IMG/VR virus record: IMGVR_UViG_3300044962_000005
Coordinates: 1-41,839 of that record
Strand: one strand, 5' to 3'
Length of the DNA stretch: 41,839 nucleotides
Source: a virus
Under the pieces are notes generated by a model. It ran no database searches. It was not told the DNA's origin and worked only from the letters and a program-made list of their open reading frames with translations. How positions within the stretch are numbered: position 1 is the first letter of the stretch; each line of letters opens with the position of its first letter. Position numbers and translations under genes: made by a program. Below, piece after piece: positions 22,195-29,919 of the stretch.

Positions 22195-22559
22195 TTCACC
22201 TCGGCAATCACAGTGCGCGCGAGCACGACGTACGGTTGAAGTTGCTGTTGCTCGGCCGGTGACAGCGCCTTCACGACTTCCTCGAGCCCGGTGCTGACCG
22301 TCGCTTGCCAACCCGTTCCGAGTGTGTGAATCGTGTTCAGCGCGGCTCGGTGATAGCTCACGATTTTCTGGGTCGTCGCGGTCGAGACGAGCGGCGGTGT
22401 CCGCGCATTCGCATCGATCGCAATATCGCGCAGCACGTCGAGCCCACGAATGACGCGCGTGTTGACGAACGCGGTTTGACCGGCAGGCGAGAGATTCGGC
22501 GGCGCGTTGGTACACGCCGTGAGCAACGTACAGGCGAGAATGAAGGCGAGACGGTTCAT
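22191..22559 (-). CDS. Lipoprotein (122 aa)
   Basis: MNRLAFILACTLLTAC carries the lipobox LLTAC. Confidence 0.75.
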   Translation of the reverse strand: MNRLAFILACTLLTACTNAPPNLSPAGQTAFVNTRVIRGLDVLRDIAIDANARTPPLVSTATTQKIVSYHRAALNTIHTLGTGWQATVSTGLEEVVKALSPAEQQQLQPYVVLARTVIAEVK

Positions 22560-22588
22560 GCTGCACTCCTTGGGTTACACTAGTCAGC

Positions 22589-22691
22589 GACTCTCTGCGG
22601 CGCCGAGTCCAAAGGGCTGTGACACGGCCAGCCACGGCGGCCCCTGCTTGACGGCATGGGGCGAATCCGACTGATCACCGGCCAGAGAGCC
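22589..22691. repeat. Leader element X: intergenic segment bracketed by 14-mer inverted repeats shared with 24222-24356
   Basis: GACTCTCTGCGGCG at 22589 and CCGGCCAGAGAGCC at 22678. Confidence 0.7.
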
Positions 22692-22693
22692 CT

Positions 22694-23872
22694 TCACTTC
22701 CGAATCCTCACGGTTTCCCGCCGTCCATCGGGCAGGATCTTCTGATAGACGCGGAGATCGGTCGGGCCTTCCAACTCCATCGCGTGGACGTAGCGGCCCT
22801 CTTGAAACTCGAGATTAACTGAGCGTGCCCCCGCGACCCACGCCTCCGCGAACGGCCGATCGAAGTCCGAGAACAGCGCGCTTTTCTTTCCGCTCTGTGA
22901 GTGAAAACAACTGCCCGCACAGAGCAGCGCGGCACCGGCGGCCGCGTCGTAAAAGTGATGCAGCGTGCCATCGTGATCGGGACGCGTCGTTTCGTTGGAG
23001 AGCGTTGGCACATGGGACGCCGGCAATTGATCCGCGCCTTCGGTGAACTCCCACGCGTTGTGCCCGACTTTTCTCCACCATTCGTTGGTGTCGTTCCAGT
23101 GCGCCGTTTCGTAGTGCCAGGGCGGTCGCACGGGAATCGACTGCGCGCCGTTGCTCCCATGTGAACAGAGGACGCCGGGGATTGGCTGGTAGGCGGTCGG
23201 ATCAATGCTTGGATGCGCGTTGACTTCGTTGGCAAGTTCCAGCAGGACGTTCGTCACGCCCTTACGAATCACCGTGTTCCCGATATTCTCCCAATGGCCC
23301 GGAATGCCGGTGCCCGTGAATACCGTCAACTCCACGTAGAGCCCGTAGGACGCACAGCGCGCGAAGAACGGCGCGAGCTCGTCGTAGTACGTCGGATGCT
23401 CGCTCGGCACCAATCGCCCGATGTCGGCCGTGAACTGCGCGTTGCCCTGGTACTCGCTCCACACCCGCAACAGATTGAACCCAATGTCCGCGCGTTCCTT
23501 CAGCACCGGCCGGATCGCGTCGGCGCCTTCGATCAGGTAGCGGCCGAACAAATTGAAATCTGAACATTCAATCGCGGTCCAGCGGGCGCCTGTCTCGAGT
23601 CGAAACACGCCGCCGGTGGGCACCAGACGCGGGAGTGCGATCACCGGCGGCTCAAGAGGGCGGTCGTGGACCGTGTGCCATTCATCCGACTTCCGAATCT
23701 CGGCGCGAATCCAGTCGAGATCGTGGCCTTCTTCGCGCCAGTGGTGGAACCATTCAATCCATCCACCTTCGTCCGGTTCGCGCGGCTTCGCACCAGGCGC
23801 GGTGAGTTCCTGGATGTAGATGTCGCGAATGCCCTGCGCGATGGCGTGATACTCCGCAGACGTGTAAGCCAT
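22694..23872 (-). CDS. Glycoside hydrolase family 5-like enzyme with an N-terminal DUF4214-like domain
   Basis: VLLELANEVN fits the GH5 signature, with the NE acid/base pair. TIM-barrel-like periodicity. ATG 23872 overlaps the upstream stop as TGATG. Confidence 0.8.
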   Translation of the reverse strand: MAYTSAEYHAIAQGIRDIYIQELTAPGAKPREPDEGGWIEWFHHWREEGHDLDWIRAEIRKSDEWHTVHDRPLEPPVIALPRLVPTGGVFRLETGARWTAIECSDFNLFGRYLIEGADAIRPVLKERADIGFNLLRVWSEYQGNAQFTADIGRLVPSEHPTYYDELAPFFARCASYGLYVELTVFTGTGIPGHWENIGNTVIRKGVTNVLLELANEVNAHPSIDPTAYQPIPGVLCSHGSNGAQSIPVRPPWHYETAHWNDTNEWWRKVGHNAWEFTEGADQLPASHVPTLSNETTRPDHDGTLHHFYDAAAGAALLCAGSCFHSQSGKKSALFSDFDRPFAEAWVAGARSVNLEFQEGRYVHAMELEGPTDLRVYQKILPDGRRETVRIRK

Positions 23873-24204
23873 CAGCCCATCGTCTTTCCGAAATGCAGAT
23901 TGTTCAGCATCAACGTCGACAGCGGGATCCCGTTCACCCACACGTCCGCGAGCCAGCGCCCGAACGTCTGCTGGTCTTTATGCGTCTCGATGATCAGTTG
24001 CGCGTTGGGCTGCATCAGGATTTCCACGGCGGCGGTGCGCGCGGCTTTCCCGGCGTCGGTGTTCAGTTCGGAGGCGGACCACAAGTACAACCGGACGCGT
24101 GCATGGGCGTGGATGTGCAGGCCGAGATCGATGTCGAACTCGAACGTGTCGCCGTCGATGACGCGTAGACAGATGGCCGAATAGCGGTATGCGGGCTCAA
24201 TCAT
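23872..24204 (-). CDS. Staphylococcal-nuclease (SNase/thermonuclease)-like protein, 110 aa
   Basis: RVIDGDT, ARVRLYLWSASE and TFGRWLADVW align with the SNase IDGDT, RLLLVDTPE and YGRGLAY motifs. The DTPE Asp is not conserved. Confidence 0.7.
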   Translation of the reverse strand: MIEPAYRYSAICLRVIDGDTFEFDIDLGLHIHAHARVRLYLWSASELNTDAGKAARTAAVEILMQPNAQLIIETHKDQQTFGRWLADVWVNGIPLSTLMLNNLHFGKTMG

Positions 24205-24221
24205 CGGCTATACTGCCTCTC

Positions 24222-24356
24222 GGCTCTCTGCGGCGTGGAAGGACACGCGCTAACTGAGTTCTCTGTTCGGCTACGTCGCAAGGTAGGCCGACCAGTCGTT
24301 GACGACTCCACCTTGCCGAAGTCGTCATAGCCGGAATCAAGCCCGGCCAGAGAGCC
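24222..24356. repeat. Leader element Y: intergenic segment bracketed by the same 14-mer inverted repeats as 22589-22691
   Basis: GGCTCTCTGCGGCG at 24222 and CCGGCCAGAGAGCC at 24343. The interior contains a 7-bp hairpin, GACGACT...AGTCGTC. Confidence 0.7.
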
Positions 24357-24429
24357 GTTCATACGCCACCTGTCATGCGGACCGCCCGCAAAGTCTTCCC
24401 GGTGAAAGGCCGGGTGGGTGGCCCCAACT

Positions 24430-24768
24430 TCACTGCAACAGCTCATTGATTTTCCGCGTCCACGGCGCCAGCAACTCAAACGGCGCACAGATACTCCGCA
24501 CCTTCGGCCAGTCCAACCGTGCTTGCCCTTCCCATTGCTTCGCGTTCGTCGTCAGAATCCGCAGCTCGCTCGCGATCCATTGGTTGACGACGTTGTAGTG
24601 TTCCAACTCCATCCCGCCGAGATCGTATTGCTCCGCGACCGCGCCGTGAAACTGGATCAGCTGCACCACGACATCGTTGGGCTTCAGACGCGATCGGCTC
24701 GTCACCGACGCGCACCCCACGAGCAGCAGGACGACGAGCACCACGAGCACCAGGCAGCACGCGCGCAT
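24430..24768 (-). CDS. Lipoprotein (112 aa), candidate outer-membrane spanin or exclusion protein
   Basis: MRACCLVLVVLVVLLLVGC carries the lipobox LLVGC. GGGAG lies 6 nt upstream of the ATG. Confidence 0.75.
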   Translation of the reverse strand: MRACCLVLVVLVVLLLVGCASVTSRSRLKPNDVVVQLIQFHGAVAEQYDLGGMELEHYNVVNQWIASELRILTTNAKQWEGQARLDWPKVRSICAPFELLAPWTRKINELLQ

Positions 24769-24856
24769 CACGATCTCCCGGTCAGGGCGACCGCCAGGCC
24801 CTTTGACGGACAGTGTGTCCTGGCAGTCGACCCGTCGTGCATCGCGCTACCCTCCT

Positions 24857-25144
24857 TCATGCTGGCGACCATCGCTGATCGAGGACCGTCGCAATCCGTT
24901 CGACTTCTTTGGCTCGCACGTCCTTGTAATACGCCGCTTCCAACGCGCCGAGACAGCGCATCAACGTCGCGTGACCCTCGGGACTGTGACACCCTTCAAA
25001 ACAGATCGGGCACAGATAGCGGGAGCGTCGCGCCGCACAGCGTCGTCGATATTTCGCGCGTTCGTGGTCGCCGGGCGTGATCGATCGCGGGCGCTGATGC
25101 GATCGCGCGAGATCATCGCTCGGATAGTGCGGGCGAGAACTCAT
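24857..25144 (-). CDS. Hypothetical basic Cys/His-containing protein (95 aa)
   Basis: ATG 25144 overlaps the endolysin stop as ATGA. Carries CPICFEGCHSPEGH. Confidence 0.55.
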   Translation of the reverse strand: MSSRPHYPSDDLARSHQRPRSITPGDHERAKYRRRCAARRSRYLCPICFEGCHSPEGHATLMRCLGALEAAYYKDVRAKEVERIATVLDQRWSPA

Positions 25145-25638
25145 AGTAGGCTCAAACAGCGATCGATCCACCCGACGACAAACCGCGCCTGTGTGTGATC
25201 CCGCTCGACAATCCGCGCCAATCGATGCGCGCGGCGTTTCACCAACTCCATCAGCAGCCAGCCGTTCGCGTCCTGATGCGCCACCAGCGCTGCAATCGTC
25301 TCTGGCCCGATGATGCCGTCGACGGTGACGCCGAGCACCTGCTGGAGGGTGCGAATCGCCGTCACCACACCGGAGAGGACGGCATCATCGACGAGCGCGA
25401 TCCGCACACGATCGTTCAGCCCTGCATCTACCAGCGGCGCGAACGGCTGGACGTATTGCTTCGCGTAAATCACCTTCGCGTCGTGACTTGACGGAGGACC
25501 GTTGCGCCACGCCTCCGGATGTGAGCGTTCGTCAATTCCCCAGGCCGTGCGGCCGCCACGGTCAGCCGGGTCGAGGTACGGCGGCGTCCCCGGTCCTTCG
25601 CGTTCGAGAATGCCATCGAGGAGTTCGTCCACGGTCAC
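25141..25638 (-). CDS. Endolysin: GH108 muramidase domain plus PG_binding_3-like domain
   Basis: ILEREG...DPADRGGRTAWGI is the GH108 motif, and the C-terminal VVGWIDR resembles PG_binding_3. GTGA overlap upstream. Confidence 0.85.
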   Translation of the reverse strand: MTVDELLDGILEREGPGTPPYLDPADRGGRTAWGIDERSHPEAWRNGPPSSHDAKVIYAKQYVQPFAPLVDAGLNDRVRIALVDDAVLSGVVTAIRTLQQVLGVTVDGIIGPETIAALVAHQDANGWLLMELVKRRAHRLARIVERDHTQARFVVGWIDRCLSLL

Positions 25639-26054
25639 GCGGGATCCTTTTTCACGGCGTCGGTGGCGCGTTGCAAATCTTCCTTCCGCACTTGTCGCGG
25701 CGGGAGGACATCCACGGGCACGACCACTGCGGGCCGTTCCTTCATCTGCTCCACGAGCTGCGAGAGGATCTCCGTCAGAGCGGTGTAGTGCCCATCGGTT
25801 TGTTTCTCGATCGAGGCGTTCTGTTCAATCGCCTTGTCGGCCTTCGTGTGGATGTCTTTGACTTGCTGTTGAATGGTCGGCGCGTTCTTCTCGCCATTCA
25901 CGCCGATGGCCGCTTTGACCTCGCCGGAATTGGCTTTCGCACGGGCCGCAAAGAACGCCGCGAGCACGGAGCCGATGGCGCTGGCGATGGCAAGGATCAG
26001 CATCGCCCACGCCTGCGCAGACTCCATCGTGAGCGCGAACACGGGATCAGTCAT
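25635..26054 (-). CDS. Type-II membrane protein with a coiled-coil ectodomain (i-spanin, antiholin or second holin candidate)
   Basis: ATG 26054 overlaps the holin stop as TGATG. One N-terminal TM segment, AWAMLILAIASAIGSVLAAFFAA, is followed by a charged helical region. Confidence 0.65.
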   Translation of the reverse strand: MTDPVFALTMESAQAWAMLILAIASAIGSVLAAFFAARAKANSGEVKAAIGVNGEKNAPTIQQQVKDIHTKADKAIEQNASIEKQTDGHYTALTEILSQLVEQMKERPAVVVPVDVLPPRQVRKEDLQRATDAVKKDPA

Positions 26055-26245
26055 CAGGTGATCCGCAGCGAACCGAGCCCGCCGCCGAGGCCTTGCCACA
26101 GCCACACGAGCAACAGCAGCACGAGCAGGACGTAGACGACGGTGGCGATCGGATCGCCAATCCCGAAGGCCGCCATCAGCGCACGGGCCGCCCAGAGCAC
26201 GACACAGAAGATCAGCAGTGCGATGACTAAGCCAATCAGACTCAT
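26054..26245 (-). CDS. Holin candidate (63 aa, two TM segments)
   Basis: LIGLVIALLIFCVVLWAA and IATVVYVLLVLLLLVWLW. GGAG lies upstream of the ATG. The gene is two genes upstream of the endolysin. Confidence 0.7.
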   Translation of the reverse strand: MSLIGLVIALLIFCVVLWAARALMAAFGIGDPIATVVYVLLVLLLLVWLWQGLGGGLGSLRIT

Positions 26246-26255
26246 CGGGTGCTCC

Positions 26256-26642
26256 TCATAACGTCGCGGCTTTATCGCGGATCGCTTGCAGAAATTGCGC
26301 AGGTGTCACGTTCGGTAACGGCGGCGTGAGCTTCGTGCCGATCAGGTTGAACCGATCGAGGATCAACAGGAACGCCGCTTTTGTCGCGAGCGGCATCGCG
26401 TCGATGTCCGCTTGGGCCGTCAGTTGCGGCGTGCTCGCGGGCGCGGTGTCGAGCGCGTTCTGCGCGGCAGTAATATTGGCTCCCGTCCACGCTGTGTTCT
26501 TTTTGATCACGAAGGCCTGGGATCCGGGCTGGTGTTGAATCCCCGCTGTGGCGTCGAGCGCGCGCAGTTGCGCCACAAGAGACGCGAGATCCGGCTCCGT
26601 CGTTCGCGCTGCTGTGAAGGTCTGATAGAACACCGGCGCCAT
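26256..26642 (-). CDS. Hypothetical protein downstream of the tail fibre (128 aa)
   Basis: TAATG overlap with the tail fibre stop. Confidence 0.65.
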   Translation of the reverse strand: MAPVFYQTFTAARTTEPDLASLVAQLRALDATAGIQHQPGSQAFVIKKNTAWTGANITAAQNALDTAPASTPQLTAQADIDAMPLATKAAFLLILDRFNLIGTKLTPPLPNVTPAQFLQAIRDKAATL

Positions 26643-28021
26643 TACGTCACCTCAAACACGATCTCACCGGCGAAATAGCCACCGTTCACGACCGCGGCCC
26701 ATGCCGCTGCCGATGTCGTGGTGATTTCGATCAGCGTCGCCCCCGCCGTCGCCCGGCTATAGCCGGGTTTCACCGTGCCGTCATTCGCAAACGCCAGCGC
26801 GTTCTGGGAAGTCGCCGCAATGACGCCGTCGCCCCATTGGAGATTGTTGATCTGGAGAAGCGCCGTTGGTGTGCCCGCGATCGTCGTGGTGGACAAGTTG
26901 AACACATAAGTGACCGTGCGCCCGTTGATCCGGTACCGGCTCGTCGTGACGTCGCCCGCGTCCACCGTCCACGTCATCGCGCCGCTGCCGGTGAACTGCC
27001 CAGCCACAAACGGCTGTGTGATCCAGCCGGAATCGTACGCGACCATTCGCCAACGCGCCGCCGTCGCGTCATAGACCATCTCGAACCAGCCCGCGCTGGC
27101 CGCGAGATAGGAAAACCTCCCGACGATCAAACTGCCGACCTGCGTGATCAGGCGATTCGCCGCGACGGAATTCGGATCCTGATTGGTCACCGCCGACGGC
27201 CCCGCGATCGCCTGACGGTTCATCACGAGCACGCGCTGACCATCATAGCCCGCCGTGAACCCACTGACCGTGATCGCCGCGGCGCCGGTCAAATAGAGGA
27301 TCCGAACGCCCGGCGTCAGCGCGAAATCGTTCTGCGGCCCCGTCAGCGTCGACGTCTGCACCACCGGCGGCCGCTCATCCACCAAGGAGGCATCCAGCAC
27401 CAAGGTGGTAATTGTGTCCGCCTGCCCCACCATGCGCGCATTGATCGGTGCCGCACTCGTCAACGCCCCCAACGTCCCGACGTAGTAGGTGGTCCCTGCC
27501 GTCAGACTCGACAGCCCGGTGAGGATCCCGTTGACCCGGATCGATCCCACCGCGCCACTGCCAATCGCCGCCTGCGTCATGCCGACGACTGGCAACGTGC
27601 TGGAGTAGGGATTCGCACTGTCCGCGAGGTACCACCGCCCCGCCGTCAACGCCCCTGAGCCATCGGAGAGGTAGACGGCTTTCCCGGCGCCGAGGGCTTC
27701 TCCTGCCGTGCCGGAGAGGTCCAAGCTCGTACTGCCCGCTGGCCCGCCTGCGATGTTGTCTTGGGTCCAGACTGCCGCCCCCGCTGAGGTTTGCAGGACG
27801 AACTTGTACGACTGCCCTGGTGTCAGGAAGATCACCGCCCGCCCCGCACTGTTCAGGACGATCGGGTTCGCATTGGCGACGGATAGCGCGACATCGGTGT
27901 ACGTGGCGCTTGGGGTAGATGTCCCGGCGAGATAGGTGTAGAGCAGGCCGCCGCTGAGCGGGTCGCCGTTGGAATCCCATCCGGTAAAAACAGGTGAGGG
28001 CGCGAGGGTGCCAGTAGCCAC
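26642..28021 (-). CDS. Tail fibre / receptor-binding protein
   Basis: The N-terminus FTGWDSNGDPLSGGLLYTYLAGTSTPSATYTD matches the common phage tail-fibre N-terminal motif. The rest is Gly/Thr/Ala-rich and beta-like. Confidence 0.8.
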   Translation of the reverse strand: MATGTLAPSPVFTGWDSNGDPLSGGLLYTYLAGTSTPSATYTDVALSVANANPIVLNSAGRAVIFLTPGQSYKFVLQTSAGAAVWTQDNIAGGPAGSTSLDLSGTAGEALGAGKAVYLSDGSGALTAGRWYLADSANPYSSTLPVVGMTQAAIGSGAVGSIRVNGILTGLSSLTAGTTYYVGTLGALTSAAPINARMVGQADTITTLVLDASLVDERPPVVQTSTLTGPQNDFALTPGVRILYLTGAAAITVSGFTAGYDGQRVLVMNRQAIAGPSAVTNQDPNSVAANRLITQVGSLIVGRFSYLAASAGWFEMVYDATAARWRMVAYDSGWITQPFVAGQFTGSGAMTWTVDAGDVTTSRYRINGRTVTYVFNLSTTTIAGTPTALLQINNLQWGDGVIAATSQNALAFANDGTVKPGYSRATAGATLIEITTTSAAAWAAVVNGGYFAGEIVFEVT

Positions 28022-28107
28022 GGGTTACACTGCTCCTGTGTCTCGCGCACGTCGCGCGGCCTGGCTCATCATCGGCTTTGTGCTCTTCTGGCTCTGGGTC
28101 GCCTTCA

Positions 28108-29919
28108 TCATTGAGGCCCTGCGCCAGTCACGCCGGCCGGTGAGCGGTCCTCTCGCTGCGCAGCCAACGGAAGCGCCGTCTGGTCAAGATTCACGCCCGC
28201 CTGCGCCGCAGCTTTCAGCAGCCGCGCCGTGACAAGGGTCCGCGCGCCAGCCGGCGCCGACGCAGGCAACCGAAGCCCCTGCGTCAAGGCATCAATAGCT
28301 GCGGGCGAGCGCATCAACTTGGACAGCGCGGCCGCGCCGATCTGCATCGGGACCGCGACGTGCGGCATCGTCCAGAGCATCGCCCCCTGCGCCCCGAGCG
28401 CGGCCATATAGCCCGAGCCGGACGGGTTGACGTTGGTTTTGCTGATCCTGTCGGTCAGCTCGAAGAACCGGTTCAGCGCCTCCACCTGGCCCTGCGCCGG
28501 GAACAGCGTGGCCTTCGTCTCCGGGCCGAGCTTGCGCCAGTCCGCGACCTTCTGCGGTGCATCCAAGAGGTCTTCCAGATAGGCGCGGGCGAGCTCCGGC
28601 GTCTGCCCCGGCGCTTCCTTCACCACCGCCCGGAGTTTCTGGATCGCGGTGTCCTTCGGGGCCGTCAACGCCTTGACTGTTTTCACCGGTTCGGCGTTGA
28701 GCGTGTCCAGCACGTCCGCGACCTGATATTTCGCAATCGTCGCCTCGCGGCCTTTGGTCAGCGCGTCGTACGCCTTCGGGCCGCCGCGCTTCGCCGCGCT
28801 CTGGACCGCCGCCTCGAGCTGTTTCACCGCCAGCGCCGCCGCGCCTTGGCCTGCCGTCCGGAGTTCGGGAATATCCGCCCGCGCCATCGCTTTGAGATCG
28901 CCGAGTGCGGCGTCTACATCCGAGAGACTCGCCACGTTCGGCCCGGTCATCAGGCGGTCCAGCGCCACCAGCGCGCGCCCTTTGTCGCCTTGGAGCGGCA
29001 CGAGCTCGGCTTGTCGCTTGAGACTGTCATACAGCGGCTTCAGCGCGGCCTTCTGCGGGGCCAGTGCGACGGGCATAGGTGTGTGCTGCTCGATCGCGCG
29101 CAGCGTGTCGTACGCATCGGTCGCCGTGGCGTTGTGCGCCTTCGCTTTGTCCACGAGGGCATCGCGCAGACTGGTCCCGGCCTGTTCGGCAGTGATCGGT
29201 GTGCCATGTGCGGCGTCTGCGAGTTCGCCGCTCACCCGCTCCATCGCCGCGGCCTGTGCCGCTTTGGCGGTCGTCGCGATCGGGTCTCCAGCCACCGACC
29301 GATCCGCGAGCGCCTGCACCCCTTTCACGGCGAAGTTGTTGGAGACCGTCGCCGCGTCCAGCGGAATGCCACGCGCTCGAGCAAATTCGACTGTCGGATT
29401 GACCACGGCCGCGGCTCGAGCCGGCAGTGCGCCACGCGCGGCACTCACGGCCGGACCCGCGGCGAACGGCGCGAGCAGCCCCGTCGCACCGCCGAGCCCC
29501 CCGGCCACGTCGCCACGGCCGATCTGCTCACCCACGTCTGCCGCCGCGGGTCCGATCACCGGCAGCGCGCCCGCGACGCCATGCCCCACCGCTTCGCTGT
29601 AGCGGCCCTGCTGGTACGCCTCGCGGGCTTTCCCAAACTGCTGCGCCGAGGCGTCGACGGCGGCGTGGTAGGTGTCCACGGGATGTGTGACCGCCTGGAC
29701 GACGCCTTTGACCGCCGCGACCGGGTTCAGCTTCTCGCCAAGGTTGGACGCGAATCGGCCGAGCGCCGAGCCTTCGGGTGGGGCCGGTCCTCCGGCCTTC
29801 GTGTCCACGCCGGCCTTGGCGAAAATCTCATGCAGCTCCGCTTCGGTTGGCATCCGGTCGCCGGTGATCTCCAACGTCTTGCCGTTCGGCGCCGTGATCT
29901 CGAAGGTCTGGTCAGCCAC
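28108..29919 (-). CDS. Large alanine-rich internal virion / ejection protein candidate (603 aa)
   Basis: Assigned by size, position between tail genes and helical Ala-rich composition. No enzymatic motif seen. Confidence 0.6.
   Translation of the reverse strand: MADQTFEITAPNGKTLEITGDRMPTEAELHEIFAKAGVDTKAGGPAPPEGSALGRFASNLGEKLNPVAAVKGVVQAVTHPVDTYHAAVDASAQQFGKAREAYQQGRYSEAVGHGVAGALPVIGPAAADVGEQIGRGDVAGGLGGATGLLAPFAAGPAVSAARGALPARAAAVVNPTVEFARARGIPLDAATVSNNFAVKGVQALADRSVAGDPIATTAKAAQAAAMERVSGELADAAHGTPITAEQAGTSLRDALVDKAKAHNATATDAYDTLRAIEQHTPMPVALAPQKAALKPLYDSLKRQAELVPLQGDKGRALVALDRLMTGPNVASLSDVDAALGDLKAMARADIPELRTAGQGAAALAVKQLEAAVQSAAKRGGPKAYDALTKGREATIAKYQVADVLDTLNAEPVKTVKALTAPKDTAIQKLRAVVKEAPGQTPELARAYLEDLLDAPQKVADWRKLGPETKATLFPAQGQVEALNRFFELTDRISKTNVNPSGSGYMAALGAQGAMLWTMPHVAVPMQIGAAALSKLMRSPAAIDALTQGLRLPASAPAGARTLVTARLLKAAAQAGVNLDQTALPLAAQREDRSPAGVTGAGPQ

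Noticed and set aside
24160-24195. GACGCGTAGACA...CGGTATGCGGG resembles a family-A arm.
   Set aside because: It is a single degenerate arm inside the conserved IDGDT-coding part of the SNase-like gene. Likely chance.
24290-24352. Cloverleaf-looking set of hairpins in leader Y as a possible tRNA or small RNA gene.
   Set aside because: Stem and loop lengths do not fit a tRNA: a 7-bp stem with a 12-nt loop, and no T-arm or D-arm. It is kept only as part of the leader-element finding.
24201-24488. 95-aa ORF covering the gap upstream of the SNase-like gene. A 53-aa version ends in an ATGA overlap with the SNase-like start.
   Set aside because: The sequence is not conserved with the analogous leader X. 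It is rich in Arg/Ser and coincides with inverted repeats and hairpins. It is more likely a structured leader, although the ATGA junction keeps some doubt.
26642-28021. Diversity-generating retroelement targeting the tail fibre.
   Set aside because: There is no reverse transcriptase ORF anywhere in the window, and I found no template-repeat copy of the fibre C-terminus.
28039-28232. Plus-strand ORF whose TM-like segment (AAWLIIGFVLFWLWVAFIIEAL) falls exactly in the 86-nt gap between the 603-aa gene and the tail fibre gene.
   Set aside because: It would be the only plus-strand gene inside a 20-kb minus-strand operon. It overlaps the 603-aa gene antisense for about 125 nt and has no SD. Flagged only as a curiosity.
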